Assembly: GCF_009914755.1 (NCBI RefSeq)
Contig: NC_060926.1
From: the human T2T-CHM13v2.0 reference genome, Homo sapiens
Direction: 5' to 3' (one strand)
DNA: 64,000 nucleotides
Under the pieces are notes generated by a model. The model was not told where the DNA came from, made no database searches, and saw nothing but the letters and a program-made list of their open reading frames with translations. Positions 13,242 to 27,899 of the stretch are shown here, one piece after another. Position numbers and translations under genes: made by a program. The number at the start of each line of letters is the position of its first letter. Within the stretch, counting starts at the first letter, position 1.

Positions 13242-14160
13242 ATAAATGACAGAATAAAGCAGCACATTTCAAGAGTTAATAAGATCCACTCCTGTTGTAT
13301 CTTATTTTTAAGAACAATTAACTCAACATATATTCACCCAGCATCTACCAAGACACACATTGCAGTAACCCTTAGAGATACCAAGAAAAGCAGTAATTGT
13401 TGCTCTTAACCAATCAAAATGTAGACCAGGAGATAGAAAAATAGTGTATGTGTTGATACTTGTTATAAACAACCACAAGGTATTAAGGCATTAAGGTTGA
13501 GAGGCTACCACTGCTTCAAACTCCTCACACTGTAGTTTGTTTGTTTTTCTAGAACAACCATGAGCAGAAAACTACAAAATTTAGTCCAATATTTAGGTGT
13601 GTATTGGGTTCTTCCCATGTCATACTTCAAGACTTTGTGATTCAATTTGGGACTGGTAATGGTATTTCCCAAAGCTTAATAATATCCATCATCATTTAGG
13701 TACTGGGATTTCAAGATGATCACTAGAAAACTACTTATGAAGTACTCTTGGCATCTTGCATTTCTCTGAGGGAGCTGGAGAAAGTGGCCAAAGCTGTAAG
13801 CTAAGTGTTTGCTCATACAGTTTGCCTTAGATAGGGATCACAAAATTTGGACTTCTCTCCCATTCTACCGATCCAGTACTTCCAAACATATTACAGCTTT
13901 AAATTCTGTAGGGGACTGAAGGACTACTTAGAGAATGAAGAGAAAAAAGTGACTATCCAGTTTAATTTTTCTAAACCACTCCACGGAGCTCTAGTAGCTT
14001 CATGTATAGCAAATGGAAAATTCACTCTGTTTAGAGCCTATCCTCACAAGAAAGACATTTGACATCAGAAAACCCTAGGCTACCCACCTCCCGCCCTGCC
14101 ATGCTCAGGAGCAAATCTCTGACTTTATGAAGTGGACAGTTTTTTGTATACTTTTGATAG

Positions 14161-14163
<3 letters not shown>

Positions 14164-14201
<38 letters not shown>
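14164..14201. repeat. (TG)19 microsatellite
   Basis: Uninterrupted TG run of 38 bp. Confidence 0.97.
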
Positions 14202-14205
<4 letters not shown>

Positions 14206-14497
14206 GTGTTGCCTGCTCCCTGGAATGCCTTAGCACTGGAAATAGATTCAGTCTCTTCCCTTTGATTTCCACAAATTCCTTAATTTTTTCTTGTGTTATA
14301 TTTTGTGGAGCTTCCGGTTTGGGTTTCTTGCTGTGATGTGGGAACCCTGTTGCACTTCTGGAGTTATTTTTGTATTTTGAAAGTTGTCAGTAAGTTACTG
14401 AATTCTTTTGGTTTCCATTTTATATTCCTTCATTGAGGTACTAAATTTCCTTACACACAAAAAAGGAGCAACATAACAAACAAATAAAAGCAAAGCA

Positions 14498-15004
<507 letters not shown>

Positions 15005-15095
15005 TCACCAAGCTATTGCTTAGGAGTCAGAGAATGAAGTTTCAGTTACTATTCACAGAGAAGAATATAATCTATATTAATGAAGTGGAGCATTT

Positions 15096-15438
<343 letters not shown>

Positions 15439-18322
15439 TTAAAAACTCATGCCAGTCAGGGAGCGGATTTTCTTTTTTGTATAGGGGAATAATCTCTTCT
15501 TTGTTCTATAAATGAAGAAGATTGGATTCCCTGCCTTAGGGGAAGGTAGAAGCTTTTTGGCTCACTGAAGCCTGAACTTTTTGTAAGAGCCCTTGATATA
15601 TGGGGGTTCTGCAGAGAAGGGATCCATCCCCCTGGTAAGTGTAGTTCAAAGTGGGAAATTTATGTTCCCTGAAATGTTTAGAGAAAGTTCAGTGCTGATA
15701 ACATGAACCCAAGACCTCCTCAGTGGGGGCCCTGAGCTTGGAAGCCCTTTTGCTCTTGACTCATGATAGCCTTGGGCTTGGGGGAGCTGAGCATCCAGTG
15801 GGTACCAACAGAATTCTGCCCTTGGATCCCAGCATAAGCCATTGCCACAGAACCGGCGGGGATGTGGGCCATGGCAGGCATCTACCCCACAATGCACAAG
15901 TACCCACCAGGCTCTACTAGGTCCCTGCCTAACAGTGACACCTTGTGACAGCAGAAGAGGCAGTGTAACTATTATCTCAGGGGCCAGAATAGTCAGCTAT
16001 TAATAAACCGGAAATACTTTTTACCATGGACCTAATCTGGAGTTTAAAAACTTATTAGCAATGCCCCACATATGTTCCTTGCTAATAACAGTGTTGGCAG
16101 ATGGGTTGATTTGATAGCAGGGAAACTTTCACATCCTCTCCCCTTAGATCAGTAGGTGTGGGGAGAGAGGCAGGTGGTCGTAAGACACCAAAAGCAACCC
16201 CACACATCCAAGCTCATAAATTACCCGTGGAGTGACGTTTACAACTCTTACTTAACGATTTTAAAATACAACTGGGTTAACTTAGGGAGTCATTGAATGT
16301 TAGTTAGGCTGATGAACTGAAAAGGCAGTGTGCATGTGTATGTGCCTGGGTGTGTGTATGTGTGTACGTGTGTATGTTCTACTGTAAGCCCTAGTGGAAA
16401 CTCTGCTATGGTCCCACTTCACTAGATCATCCTGGCTCATTCAGTGGAGGGCATCAAATTCACAGGCTTAACTAGGAGAGACTGACTTTTGTGCCTTGTC
16501 TGTGCTTCAGAGCATCCACTGGACTCCAAGAAGCCTATGGTCAGCTGTAGCCCCCATACACACAAAAGAATTTTTCTTGCCCACTCTACCTAAAACCAAT
16601 CTCTTTCAGTGTGACAGAGTCTTGAGAATCTGTCTGATTCTTTGGTGCTTCATTCTGAACTGGTCCTTTTGTGGAAGGTTGAAATGTCCTCAGTTGGAAT
16701 GCTTCCTGTTCAGGTCACTATCACTGATGTCTGAGCCTGGGAAAAGTCAAAGGATGCTCAAGGAGTGAGGTTGTGTTGATTATTTCAAAGTAATTTTATA
16801 AAAATCAGGCCAAAAGATGGTAAACTACAGTTCTCTTTTACTTAAAGAACATCATATTGAGAATTCGTTAACAGTCAAACCAAGCAAAGTTTCTCCTACC
16901 TACGGTCAGTGCAGTATTTTGAGAAACAAGTGGAGAGTTATAAGAAAAAGTCACTGTGCTATTGATCTGTGCTAATGGCAACGCAGATGATGACAGCAGA
17001 TGAATTTAAACGTCTGAGCTAAAGAATTGTGTACCTTTTGCCCTAAACATGGAGAAAATTTAAAATGCTCTAAGAATCCCCTTGTTCTAACCTTTCTTTC
17101 TCCACTTTTTAACATATGGAGCTTTCCTGCAATTTAAGCAACCACATTCCAGAACACTAGGTTTAGAGAAAAGATAGGCTAGAGTAGAAGCAAACTGACA
17201 ATTTATACTTTTTTTCTGCCTTCTATATAAGTTAGTGCCTGTTAATTAACCGGTGTGAAAAATTCAACATTACAGGGTAGGGTTATTAAACATTTTTAGG
17301 ACCAATACAGTGGCAACAGCCTCAATCAGTGTAATGTACCCTCCTACAAGTAGTGCTTAATTACAGGGATTAGCAAGCAATGACTCTTTTAGTTAGCTTT
17401 AATTTTTCCAGACATATTCCAGCCAAAAAGCCTGGCTCCTCCATTTCACTGGTGTGTATGATACCAATGCGGAATCCAGTGGCGAGAAAGCGACTAGAAG
17501 ACAATCTATATAATTGGCTGAAATGACATCTCTGAGGAGCAGATGCTCTGTAATCTTGCAAATCAAATTAAAAGCAAAACAAACTATTTCCTTTTAGCTG
17601 TGACCGAATTCAAATGTCCTTTTGGTATTAAAGGAGCAAAACAGTCTTAATTGTTTATTGATTATTCAAATCATATAAGCCTTAGATATATTAGTGTGGT
17701 TTAACTGGTTGTTTTTTAGCACAGGGGTCAGGGCTTAATGGGAAAGCCGGGTGCCAAGAGCTAAGAATCTCTGCTGCGTGAGAATGAGTCTTGATGTGCC
17801 TTCTCTGTTTGGGACGACCTGGGATGTGGAGCGCAGAGGTGGCCCCTTCATTAACCTGCGGGTTGCAGGAGCATTATAAGTAGTTTTTCTAGCTGACTGA
17901 AAATGAGCCTTGAGACCTCTATACGGAAACTTCTGTTTGGTCTTCCTTGCTGTGGAGACACCTGCCAAAAGTGAGCTGGCAAAGGATAAGAAGCAGAGCG
18001 GGGTGGGGGGATCCTCAAAGATGATCCGTTGCTACCCAAATGAGTTTTTGGTCAAAGTCTTTGAGCACAGTGCAAGAATGAAAAATAGAGTGGGAGGAAT
18101 ATTTTTCAGCTATTTTGCAATCTAATAATGTCAGCTTTCAGGATTGAGGAGAAGGAAAATATGGAGGGCAATGGAAAGGATTTAAGAATATTCTGAGATT
18201 AAAATGTTATCTTTAAATATTGTACTTCAACTGCACAGCGACCAAGGACTTTCATGCTGCCTGCCAAGGGTGACTAAATCTCAGTTTCCTTGTAGTAGAA
18301 AGTAATTAGCTGTTCCCTGCCA

Positions 18323-18336
18323 CCACTAGGTGGAGA
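18323..18336 (+). promoter_or_regulatory. Candidate CTCF site
   Basis: CCACTAGGTGGAGA versus consensus CCASYAGRKGGCRS: the first 11 positions match. Lies in unique sequence. Confidence 0.35.
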
Positions 18337-20239
18337 TGTAGGTTTACACAGAGCTGACTCCCTGGCTAAAAATGGCCTGTGATGGCTGAAAAATCCTTAA
18401 GGAAAATTTTAAATGTTCAAGATTGATCAATTACGAACCATGTTGGTCACAAATTCACACTAATCTTTAAGGGTCCATCCCCTTAGATTTTAAAAAATCC
18501 TACATCACACAACAGCAGCAAAAATCCTTCAGTGTGCAGTTGTAAAGTTGTCCTTGTGAATTAGAATTATTATTTTTTAAGCCATAAGCTCTGATGTTTA
18601 AGACTCTGAGAGAATAATCACGCCATGTTATAAATTGTCTGCTGCCAATACACACATATTTTCCTTTATTCTCACACCAGCTGCTAGCTCATGCTATCAG
18701 TGGTCAGGAACAAACAAACAAAAACCACCCCTAAAAAAAACAGCACAGAGCTTCCTTTCCAACTTCACCCATGGAAGTGTGCCAGGAACTGGCAGGAGTT
18801 GGGAATTGTGTGTTCGAGTTTAAGGGGTTGTTTCTAAATGTAGTACTTTTTGAGAATCTCATTACCTCACATCTTGATGTGTGAAGTATGATTCACAGCG
18901 CAGTTTGCTAAAGGCTAGTTAGCTCTTGTCTCAGCGGTCTTAGGTGTCTAATATCGTATTAATCAAACCTTAGTGAAATGAAGCATTTCAGTTTGTTTTG
19001 GCTAAGCCTCTTCTCTCTACTGAGTTGACCCCTTTTCTTTTATGTAAACTTTTCTATACCCATTGGTGGATGGCATGGGCTATCAGATGGCTTCCAGAAT
19101 AGACAATGGATACCAACCGTTTTCTAGAAAGGCAGAGAGTCATTTATTATTCCTCCTTTCACACTTTGTCTCCCAGATGAAAATGCTTCTGAAGTTCATT
19201 TAATCATTCAGTCACATTTTCTCTCCCCCCCCATTCTCTTGGTCTCTTTCATAGAAAGAATACCTCATAGATTTCATCTAAGTTGCCCATGTAACCCTAC
19301 TCTTCAGAGGGGCTATTCCACCTGCCAGGATCCCATTTAAAGACCCAATTTCCTCATGAAGAAAAGGGACTCTCCATTTATGTCTGGGAAAGTTCAAACA
19401 GCAATATAGTCATTGCTTCATTGCAATTACGCAAGTCAAAATCTCTTCCAAAATGAGTATCAAACTTGAAAAATGGTGAATTTTGATAATAAAGCCATCA
19501 TGGCCAAAATACATTAAAATTCTTATTAAATATTTTCTCCTTAAAATTTCAAAATGCTAAAATTTTTATTACTGTGCAGATTAATCTATGAAGAAAGGCA
19601 GAAGTCATTTTTAGTGCCCCATATTTACCAGTTTAAAAAAAGAAGGAACAAACAATTAAACATTTAAAAACCAAAATTTATATCTAAAATATTGCTTTCC
19701 ATTTTGCCATTAATTTGTGTCTATAATAAGGTAGTATTAAGGTAACCTTCAATTTGTTTCTTTTATGTACACACCCACAATTAGGACCATACAAAATCAG
19801 ATAATTTGTTCACAACGAGCACTATGTAAAGGGAAGCCCCATTTTTTAATTTCAATGATAGACTTTTTAAAAAATCATATTTTATGTCAGTAGATGTCAC
19901 ATTTATTAGATATTTTCTGATTCTAGGGGAAGGGGACTAGGTGTGGAGCACATCCTTCCTTGAATAGACATTAAATGCAGGCACGTTATGAGCAGAGCAT
20001 TGCACGAAGGTTGAGGAGGATGCAGGGCTGACCAGCCCTGTTCTAGACCTACAGGAGTCTCATAGGCTAATCACAGGGTTCATGCATTTTAGGAACACCA
20101 ACATCAGCATGCTACAAATATTATCTGTAAAATGGCTATTCTCTCTTTAGCAAAAGGAGCCTTAGAGTGTCTGGTAGAAATGTGAAATCTTTTATCCACA
20201 GGAAAAAATAAAACTTACCTTTATTAATAAGATACAACT

Positions 20240-20445
20240 TGTGTGTGTGCTTAATATGTGCTAGAGACTATACTGATTTAATCCTACAAAAGCCCAATGA
20301 GATGGGTACAATTATTGTTCTCATTTTGCAGAAGAAATTGAGTAACATAGAGGTGATGGAAGGTGCCAAAGAAGACACAGCTAATGAGTAGCGAGGCTAC
20401 AATTCATACCTAGGTAATCGGACGGCAACATCAAGGATCTTACAC
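20240..20445 (-). mobile_element. MIR SINE
   Basis: TTTAATCCTACAAAAGCCCAATGAGATGGGTACAATTATTGTTCTCATTTTGCAGAAGAAATTGAG...ACACAGCTAATGAGT. Confidence 0.75.
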
Positions 20446-23400
20446 GTTTTGCTGTCAAATACGAGTTCGTATTTGCTTTCAGTATCTTGTAACTTTTTTA
20501 ATGAAGTTTTTCTTAAATAACTTGAACATATTAGTTATCCACAGAAATACCTTATAGAAGTACCACTTTTTTCAGAAGAGAAGCATGTATTTTTTTTCCT
20601 CAGCTCAAGTCCTCTTGCATATAATGCTATATTTAAAATTTAAAAATGACATTTTTAACAAGTCACTAGTTCTTTCAAAATAACTATAAAATATATTTTT
20701 AAAATTTTATTGTGCTGGTACACTGAATTCTAAAACCGTACACTTATATGAGGAGCGATAGTTGGAAAAACTGTAGTTATTTATTAGTCAACATTATTCC
20801 TTGCCATAGGTAGAAATGAATTAAGATAATAAAATATTTTAAGAATAAAACTCCATATTGATAAGTGAAAAGAACTGTTTCAAGCAATACTCAAAAATAT
20901 CTGTCACACACACATTCAACACACGCATGAGATTGCTTCTGTGCAAAGTCATATGATCAACATGAACTTTCTTTGCTCAAGGGAGACGGACACTTTTGAA
21001 TCATGAATATTGATAAGAACTAGTCCAGTTTAAAAGTGAAAGTCAAATTTCAGGCAAACTAAAACTTAGGAAAGTCCATATCTAGAAAAAGCCAAATCAG
21101 AACTTCATGCATGCCAGGAAGAAACGAAATTTCACTCTTTCCTCAAACTCCTCACTCTCCTCAGTGAGAGCCTGTCCCCTTTCATCCTGCATAAGTCTAA
21201 ATACCACCTAATCAGTTACAGATTGGGAGGGAAAAAGGAGTGCTTGCCTAATCAGCTTTCTCCTGAAATATTAAATATTAAGAAAGGTCTCAGGGGAATC
21301 AGTCCTTGATATGATAACTCACTGATGTGTGTGTTCCATGTGCCGACACAAGCATACCTTCTAAGAAGCCAGTAATCATGAAACTTAAGGGTCATGCAAA
21401 GAAACCTCACGTTAAAACAAAAAAAGGATTGGATTGGTAGATGGAGTAGGGAGGAAAATTAGTTTCAAGAACCCTTCTTAACTAACCAATTATTTTGGCT
21501 TATCTTGTTATCTGTAATAACTCCAGCTGGACCCCAAATGAAACGTTCAAAGAAAGGCAAGCAAGCACTGCAGAAGAGATGGACTCAAATGGACTAAAAA
21601 GGCAGAGCTTGTTTTTGGCTGTAGCGCCCTTTTGCCATGACAAAGCTGGGAAAGGAGACACGCAGTCTGTCGCATTTATTTCTGATCAATCTACATAAGA
21701 ATTGTCAGGCTGGCACGTTGGATTACTGCTGACTTGTGAGTTGAGATCCATTTGCTTCAGGTTTTCACTTTTCATTCTTAGAAGCCCTGGTCATCTCCAC
21801 AGAACTGTATTTTGTGGATGTTTTCATTGTTGGGAATGTTGATCAAATTAGGTGGAAAAAAGAAAAAAAAAAAAAGGAACATGACCACCTTGAGATTCTC
21901 CTACATTGACAGAGCACACGTTTGATCAAAATGCAATGTCATTCGTCTTTCGTGGCTTTTTGTCGATCATGTTTGCTGGAAGGATAAGTGAACTCCATGA
22001 AAAGACATTTATCTAAATTATCCTGATAAAGTGCCATCACTCTGGGTAAAAAGAAAAATGAGCGAGAAGGCCAGACTCTACGCACATGCCTTCCACTTGA
22101 ATTAACCGAGGAAAAACATAAAGACACATCATGCAACTAGTATTTTACATACATATGTGTGTGCGTGTAAACTAGGATCCTCTGTGCTAAAAGTTATCTT
22201 TGTGCTTATTCAACTCTTAAAAACACTATCAAAATCCTTATAATATACCGACCTTGATATAAACCAAGAATCATCACCGGCTCACTGATAGAAAGCCAGT
22301 AACCAAATTGTAAACAAATATAGGTAATGTCTGAGAGTCTATGTTGACAAGTAGATAAGAAGATAAATGTAGAGTTTTTCTTAATTAGCCTTTCTTAATT
22401 AAAAACAGGAGCAGTATTGTGATCAAAATGAACTCTGGTGGGAGCCTGGTCACTTGGTCTTCTGGGTATCACTTGAGGAAAATTAGATTTTTTTTTTCCC
22501 TTCTAGGATAAATTGTGCACTAAAGAAGGAATAAATGGTGTCTGTGAGCAGTGTCCCCTTGGTTTTTATCTGCGTGAGATGGATGTGCCTCTTGTCGTTT
22601 TCAGAATGGCGTGGGGGCAGACTTAGCCATCATTAGCACCCCAGGATGGATCCAATTCACTAATTACTTATGCTGTCCTGGTTCACTGAGATTTAAGTAC
22701 CAAGTCAATCCCATTATCTGCAGTCTCCCAAGCTTGCCAGAGCCATCCGTCTTTCATGGAAAAGAAGCACAAGGGTTATCAATTGGGCCCTGCAAGACTT
22801 GGGATTTTCCTACTTTGGGAGAAGGCAAGATTAGTCCTGACTCAAGTCCAGGCCCCTCTAAGCCGCCACTTTGGATGCGATAAAAGAAAATGGTGACAAT
22901 TATCCATAACTATGTGAAACACCAGGAGGGGAAAGGCAGGGAGCAAGGGGAAGGGAGGGGCGAAAGGGAAAAAATAATAATAAGGAGAGGTAAAAACGCA
23001 CAGAAAAGAAAGAATTCCTGCTCCGCTGCAACACCAGGCCTGTGGTTCCAGGCAGTTTTTCACATCACCTCTGAGCTACAAATGACAATTCATCTGTTAC
23101 AAACACATGATAATATAGTCAGAAATCAGGAATTAAAATATTCTGAAGGCCTGAGGCCCCCTCAAAGAAGAGGGATGGCAGGGGAGGGGGCCGCAGGAGG
23201 GAGAAGCCGACCCGGGAGCCTCCTGGGAGGGCCTCCTCACATTCGCCATGTTCAGTGTCCCTGGGCTGTGAGGCCGGGCCTCTGCTGTGTGGGATGGGTG
23301 ATTGGCACCTGCTCTGCGGAGGGGAAGGGCCTGGCAGCTCCTGGCAGCATTGTCACGTTCATTTGCACACTTTAGGAAGCAGCAGTGTGGCTACTAATAC

Positions 23401-25349
23401 AAAAAAGAATCTTCTAAGCAGCATGACATCTCTTGGAATGGAATATTTGTCTTTACAAATGATTGCTCTGCTGCCAGCACTTGACACGGTGCTCGCAAAC
23501 ATGTGTAATTGTTGGAAGTGTAATGATGATTATTTGCATATTTAATGTTCAAACAGTACTGAAGAAGCAACCTAGACTAAACCTTTTAGGGGAAGATTTG
23601 AATATGTTGGGCATCAGCCTGAGGAGTCCCAGGAAGGAGGAGGCAGCCAATGGAGAGCAAGTGCGGGAATAATTGGCTTAAAGTTCCACTGCACCACCCT
23701 GCCTTGGTGCCTTTATTCGTGTACACAATAGCTCTCCCTGGGCCCATATGGGGTAGAAGTTCACCAGCATCAGAAAGGTGCTTTCTCTTGGCTTTAGTTT
23801 AAACATTAGCTGCAAGACATCCTATTCCAGCCTGGTTTTACATTAACCAACTGTGAACCCAAGAACAGTATCCAGGAAATAGGGATGTGGGTAGACGTAG
23901 GAGGGAAGATAGGCATGGAATTCATTCCACTTTTTACCCACAGGCAAGTGGAAATTGTCCACTCATCTCTGGATCCCCCCAAAAAAAAACATTCTTAAGG
24001 AAATTATCTAGCTGAACTATTAAAATGGCATTATATTGAAATTTGTAAAAAGAACATTTGATTTTCCTAGAAAGTAAATGACTTCTAAGATTCCTTTCCA
24101 GTTTTTACTTGGTTGGAACCTTGTTCGATTAAATGTGCTTTTTCTCACAATATTCTTTAGAAATAGAAAGTACTGGGTAATTTGAATGAAATTAGAAAGA
24201 TCTCTATTCCCAATTCCCCACCTTCCTCAAATGTAGACCCCAATTCACCCCTATGGTGCCCAGGTGTGAAGTTTAATGCTTTATCTTTCTGCTTCCAGGC
24301 TGTGACCACTGAAGTTTGCAAGTTCACCTTGGATTCATGGGGGCCTTTCCCCAAAGTAGCATCCCTTGTAGGAAACATTGCGGGAAATCCAGAACTCAGA
24401 AAGTGCCTATGCAAATGACATCCCGTTGCACCTAATTTCTTACTAGTGACAGAGCCACTGGCCCTGGGCACCTGGCGGCCTGCCTGCCTTTCCAGCCTGT
24501 GCTAACCAGACTCTCACAGCAGGCTGAGCTGTGCTTACCCACACATGCGAACGCATCTTGAACAACTTGAAGCACGGAGATGGGGCGGCATGTTCCAAAT
24601 CAGCAGGAAAGGAAATTTCAGATGGTGGCAATCATCGCAGGGAAACGCACCTCACTGAAATCAATAGAATAATTTTTGATAATGTAGCCACTTGATCTGG
24701 TAATTGGGCCTTTCACCTGTAGTGAACGGCTTCACTGGAGACTTTCTTGAGCTATTAGATGCCTCTTACTTGGAGGCTATCCTGTTTTTATCTTTCAAAA
24801 TATGTGGAGTAATTAGCTTTTGAGTTGAGTGCTTTCGCCTCTTCCTCACTCCCCTCACTCCCTTGCATTTCCACCCGCCCACCCCCAGCTTGCTCTTTTC
24901 CAGGCCTGCCCCCGCCCTGCCAGGAGCCACTTGGTATTGAGCCACTGCTCATCACAGAATTGTACAGTCGTTTGAGGGGCAGCACAATAAACCTCACTCC
25001 ATTATCATCTTGTAAATTGATTTTTTTTTTAAATCTGGAGGGTGAGTAGGACTGCGCATCTGCATTCCCGACCCTTGTCTTCCTAGCCTTGGCTTGTAGC
25101 AGGGCTGAAGTACGATTGACAATGCTTCTAATCAGTGCTGTCTGGGGGCCAGGGAGTGATTTACCTGCAGTGGAGGAGGGTTGGCAATGTTACCTTGCAT
25201 ATCGTCCGATGACTAATTCTTTAGAAGTGAGACAATACATGTAGTATACTTCCGAGCATCACATTGGTTAACAGCTTTCTCATAAAATAGTGTTGGGAAT
25301 ATCAAGCCAAGGAATTACTGATAGTGAACAATTCAGGCATCCTTCCAAA

Positions 25350-25552
25350 TCCATTCTTCTTAATTCTCCCAACAACCTGATGAGATACGTACTATTATTA
25401 TAACTAAGTCCCCATTTTATGGATCAGGAAATCAGGGCATAGAGAAAATAAACAACCACCCTGACATCTCCAAGTTCACACAGGATGAGACTGGAATTCA
25501 AACCAAGGAATCTCAACCAGAGTCTGTGCCCTAGCCACTGCACTACCCTGCC
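25350..25552 (-). mobile_element. MIR SINE
   Basis: CCCAACAACCTGATGAGAT...CCCATTTTATGGATCAGGAAATCAGGGCATAGAGA...GGAATTCAAACCAAGG. Confidence 0.75.
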
Positions 25553-26349
25553 TCTTAGGGTTGTAAGCTATACTTCCTGTCTCGATGTTACCTATGGGTA
25601 CGATGTATGAATGCGAAACCAGTGTCATTTCCACAGGTCGCTACATGGCACTGCTTGCAAGACTCCGTCTGCCATTTTGTGTCACTTTAGAGACTCCAGA
25701 AGTGGAGACGATTACCACTGACAACCCCACAACAGTTCATTGCTCTCCCACCACATGGAATGCAGAAAGTTAAAGGATTTATTTTTCTAATACAACATTA
25801 AACAACCCTTGGGATACAAAGTTGAATTTTATTGCTTGTTAAATTATTTGAAGAGCAAAAGTATTTAAAAAGCATAGGACAATAATTAGCCGTATTTCTT
25901 TAGGGGTTTGTTGGTTTGACCTTAGCCTTTTAATCTGTCAAAGTATGCTAATCAGCCTGACAGACAGAAAGATCAAATACAGAGGCTGAGGCACTAGTAG
26001 GGAAAAGAGGAGAAGAGAGTAGATAAATGAAGGACCAACAGGACATGAAGGGGACCGTGGCCAATGGTCACTGCAGGTCTACCCTTCCAGAGTGACCCCA
26101 AAAGGCTCAGGGCTAGAGAGAGCCCCTAGAACAAAGCAAGTCACTGGTTTTGTTCCCAGTCCAGCAAAGTGAGCAAGCTCATCTGTGTTTGTTCCAGAAA
26201 TCTTCTTTACCATGAGCTGAGCATGAAATGAATTGATTGTTTAAAAGGTTGTGGATGGGATGGAGATTATATCAAATCTTCTAATTTAAGGTTTAGATGT
26301 ATGGCATCTACAGTTCCAGCTGAATGCCTTACATCATTCTATAACTCTA

Positions 26350-26680
26350 GTAGAAACGTTTACTGCTCACCAAATATCCATGTACTCCCCCATTTTTCAA
26401 GTCTCTCTGAAGCTCAATGGGCTATGCAGTTAGGTGAGTGGAAATGACAAGTGTCATTTTTGAGTCAAATCATTCAATATCAGGTGTGTGGCCTGACAGC
26501 TTTCTCTTTTCCTATTGTGGGGAGGAATGCAGGGCCAGGACTTCAGATGGTTCAGCTAACAGGTGAGGGATCCCCCATTTCCTGAGCTGTTCAGCAAATC
26601 ATTAGAGTTGACCCTATTCTACATATACTATCAGCAAGAAATAAACTCTTGCATAGATTATTTGAGTTCACACATTCTCA
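26350..26680 (+). mobile_element. Old MLT1 (I/J/K-like) LTR
   Basis: CTGCTCACCAAATATCCATG...GAGTGGAAATGACAAGTGTCATTT...AGCAAGAAATAAACTCTTG. Confidence 0.45.
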
Positions 26681-27899
26681 ACCCACCCTTTAGTTCATGA
26701 CTATACATGACTCAGATAGGAAGAATGAAGGTGAAATCACTGATTCCCTCCTTACTGATGAACATTGGGCAAGATGCTTTCTATAAGTCATTTAACTTAG
26801 GTCTCCCAGGAGGAAAAAGGTTAGACATTGACATTTCATCATTTGATAAATGAAAAAGGAAAGGAAGCTCAGAGAGGGCAAACAGCTTGCCTAAGGACAT
26901 GCAGTCACTCTGCTGGAATTCAAAATGTTTGGCTCTAAAATTTATGTTTTCTACTTTATTTCACCTAGCCTTCCCAAAAGACAAACTAGACTATTTAGGT
27001 TTCTTAGAAGCCAGGGAAGAGACTGAATGGTCAACTTATAGTTTTCTAAGCTTCCAAATCTATGATTCTGTGTTTAGTCCAGCAAGGTAGCACTCATATT
27101 TTTTCTCTGTAAGAGAATATCAAGATTCTAAATTTCTTAAAGTGGTATTTTTATCACCCGAGCAGGGATAGTAGAGGTATTTGGGAGATAACCCAAAAGA
27201 ACTCCTAAGTTCCAAGGAGAAAGTCAGTCCAGTATCATAGCCCCTGCCCATTTCCATGCATTTCTCTCCTACCCAGGACCCCCCACATTATTATCCCTTG
27301 TTTCTTGATAAGCCTTTAGACTCTCTTGAAATTTCTGTCTTTTCACATGTTCCACATACAGTATCATTATCCCAAATACCTGTTTGTGTTGGACTATATT
27401 TAATATGTGAAGCAAATTAGTCATTAATCAAGTTAAAAAAATTGGTGTTATTCTGACTTCTCCCTCTTTCAAAATTATGAACATAATTCAATCTTTATAT
27501 ATGTCACCCCAAGCCACCAGAGACGTGTGTATCCCTATACTTACAACTGTACATCCCCACTCCCGCCCACGACAAGATTGGTGCTGTGAAAAGTCTCATA
27601 AGTCCTAGAACAAAAAGCATAATTAAAAGCTTTAAGAATCACTGAATTAGGCATTATGTTGTCTGGATACAAATGGATTGAAACCTGAACATAGGGGATG
27701 TGTGGAGGCCATTAAGGTGGCCCATAGTAAACATGATATTGTATTCAAGTTCATTGACTCAATTAACTTTTATTTAGCATCTAAGCTAATCCAGGAAGTA
27801 TACTGTGGTTGGCCATATAAACACTATCATGACCCAGTCTTTGTCCTCATCAAAGTTACACTTGAGGTGGAAAACTGCTATTCATCATTGTTCACTCAA

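Noticed and set aside
16987-17017. C box ATGATGA with a downstream CTGA (C/D snoRNA-like)
   Set aside because: Only ~30 nt apart and no terminal stem.
22890-23375. 161-aa ORF, the longest outside L1
   Set aside because: No recognisable domain, low-complexity purine-rich start, and no supporting exon structure. Compatible with chance in a GC-richer patch.
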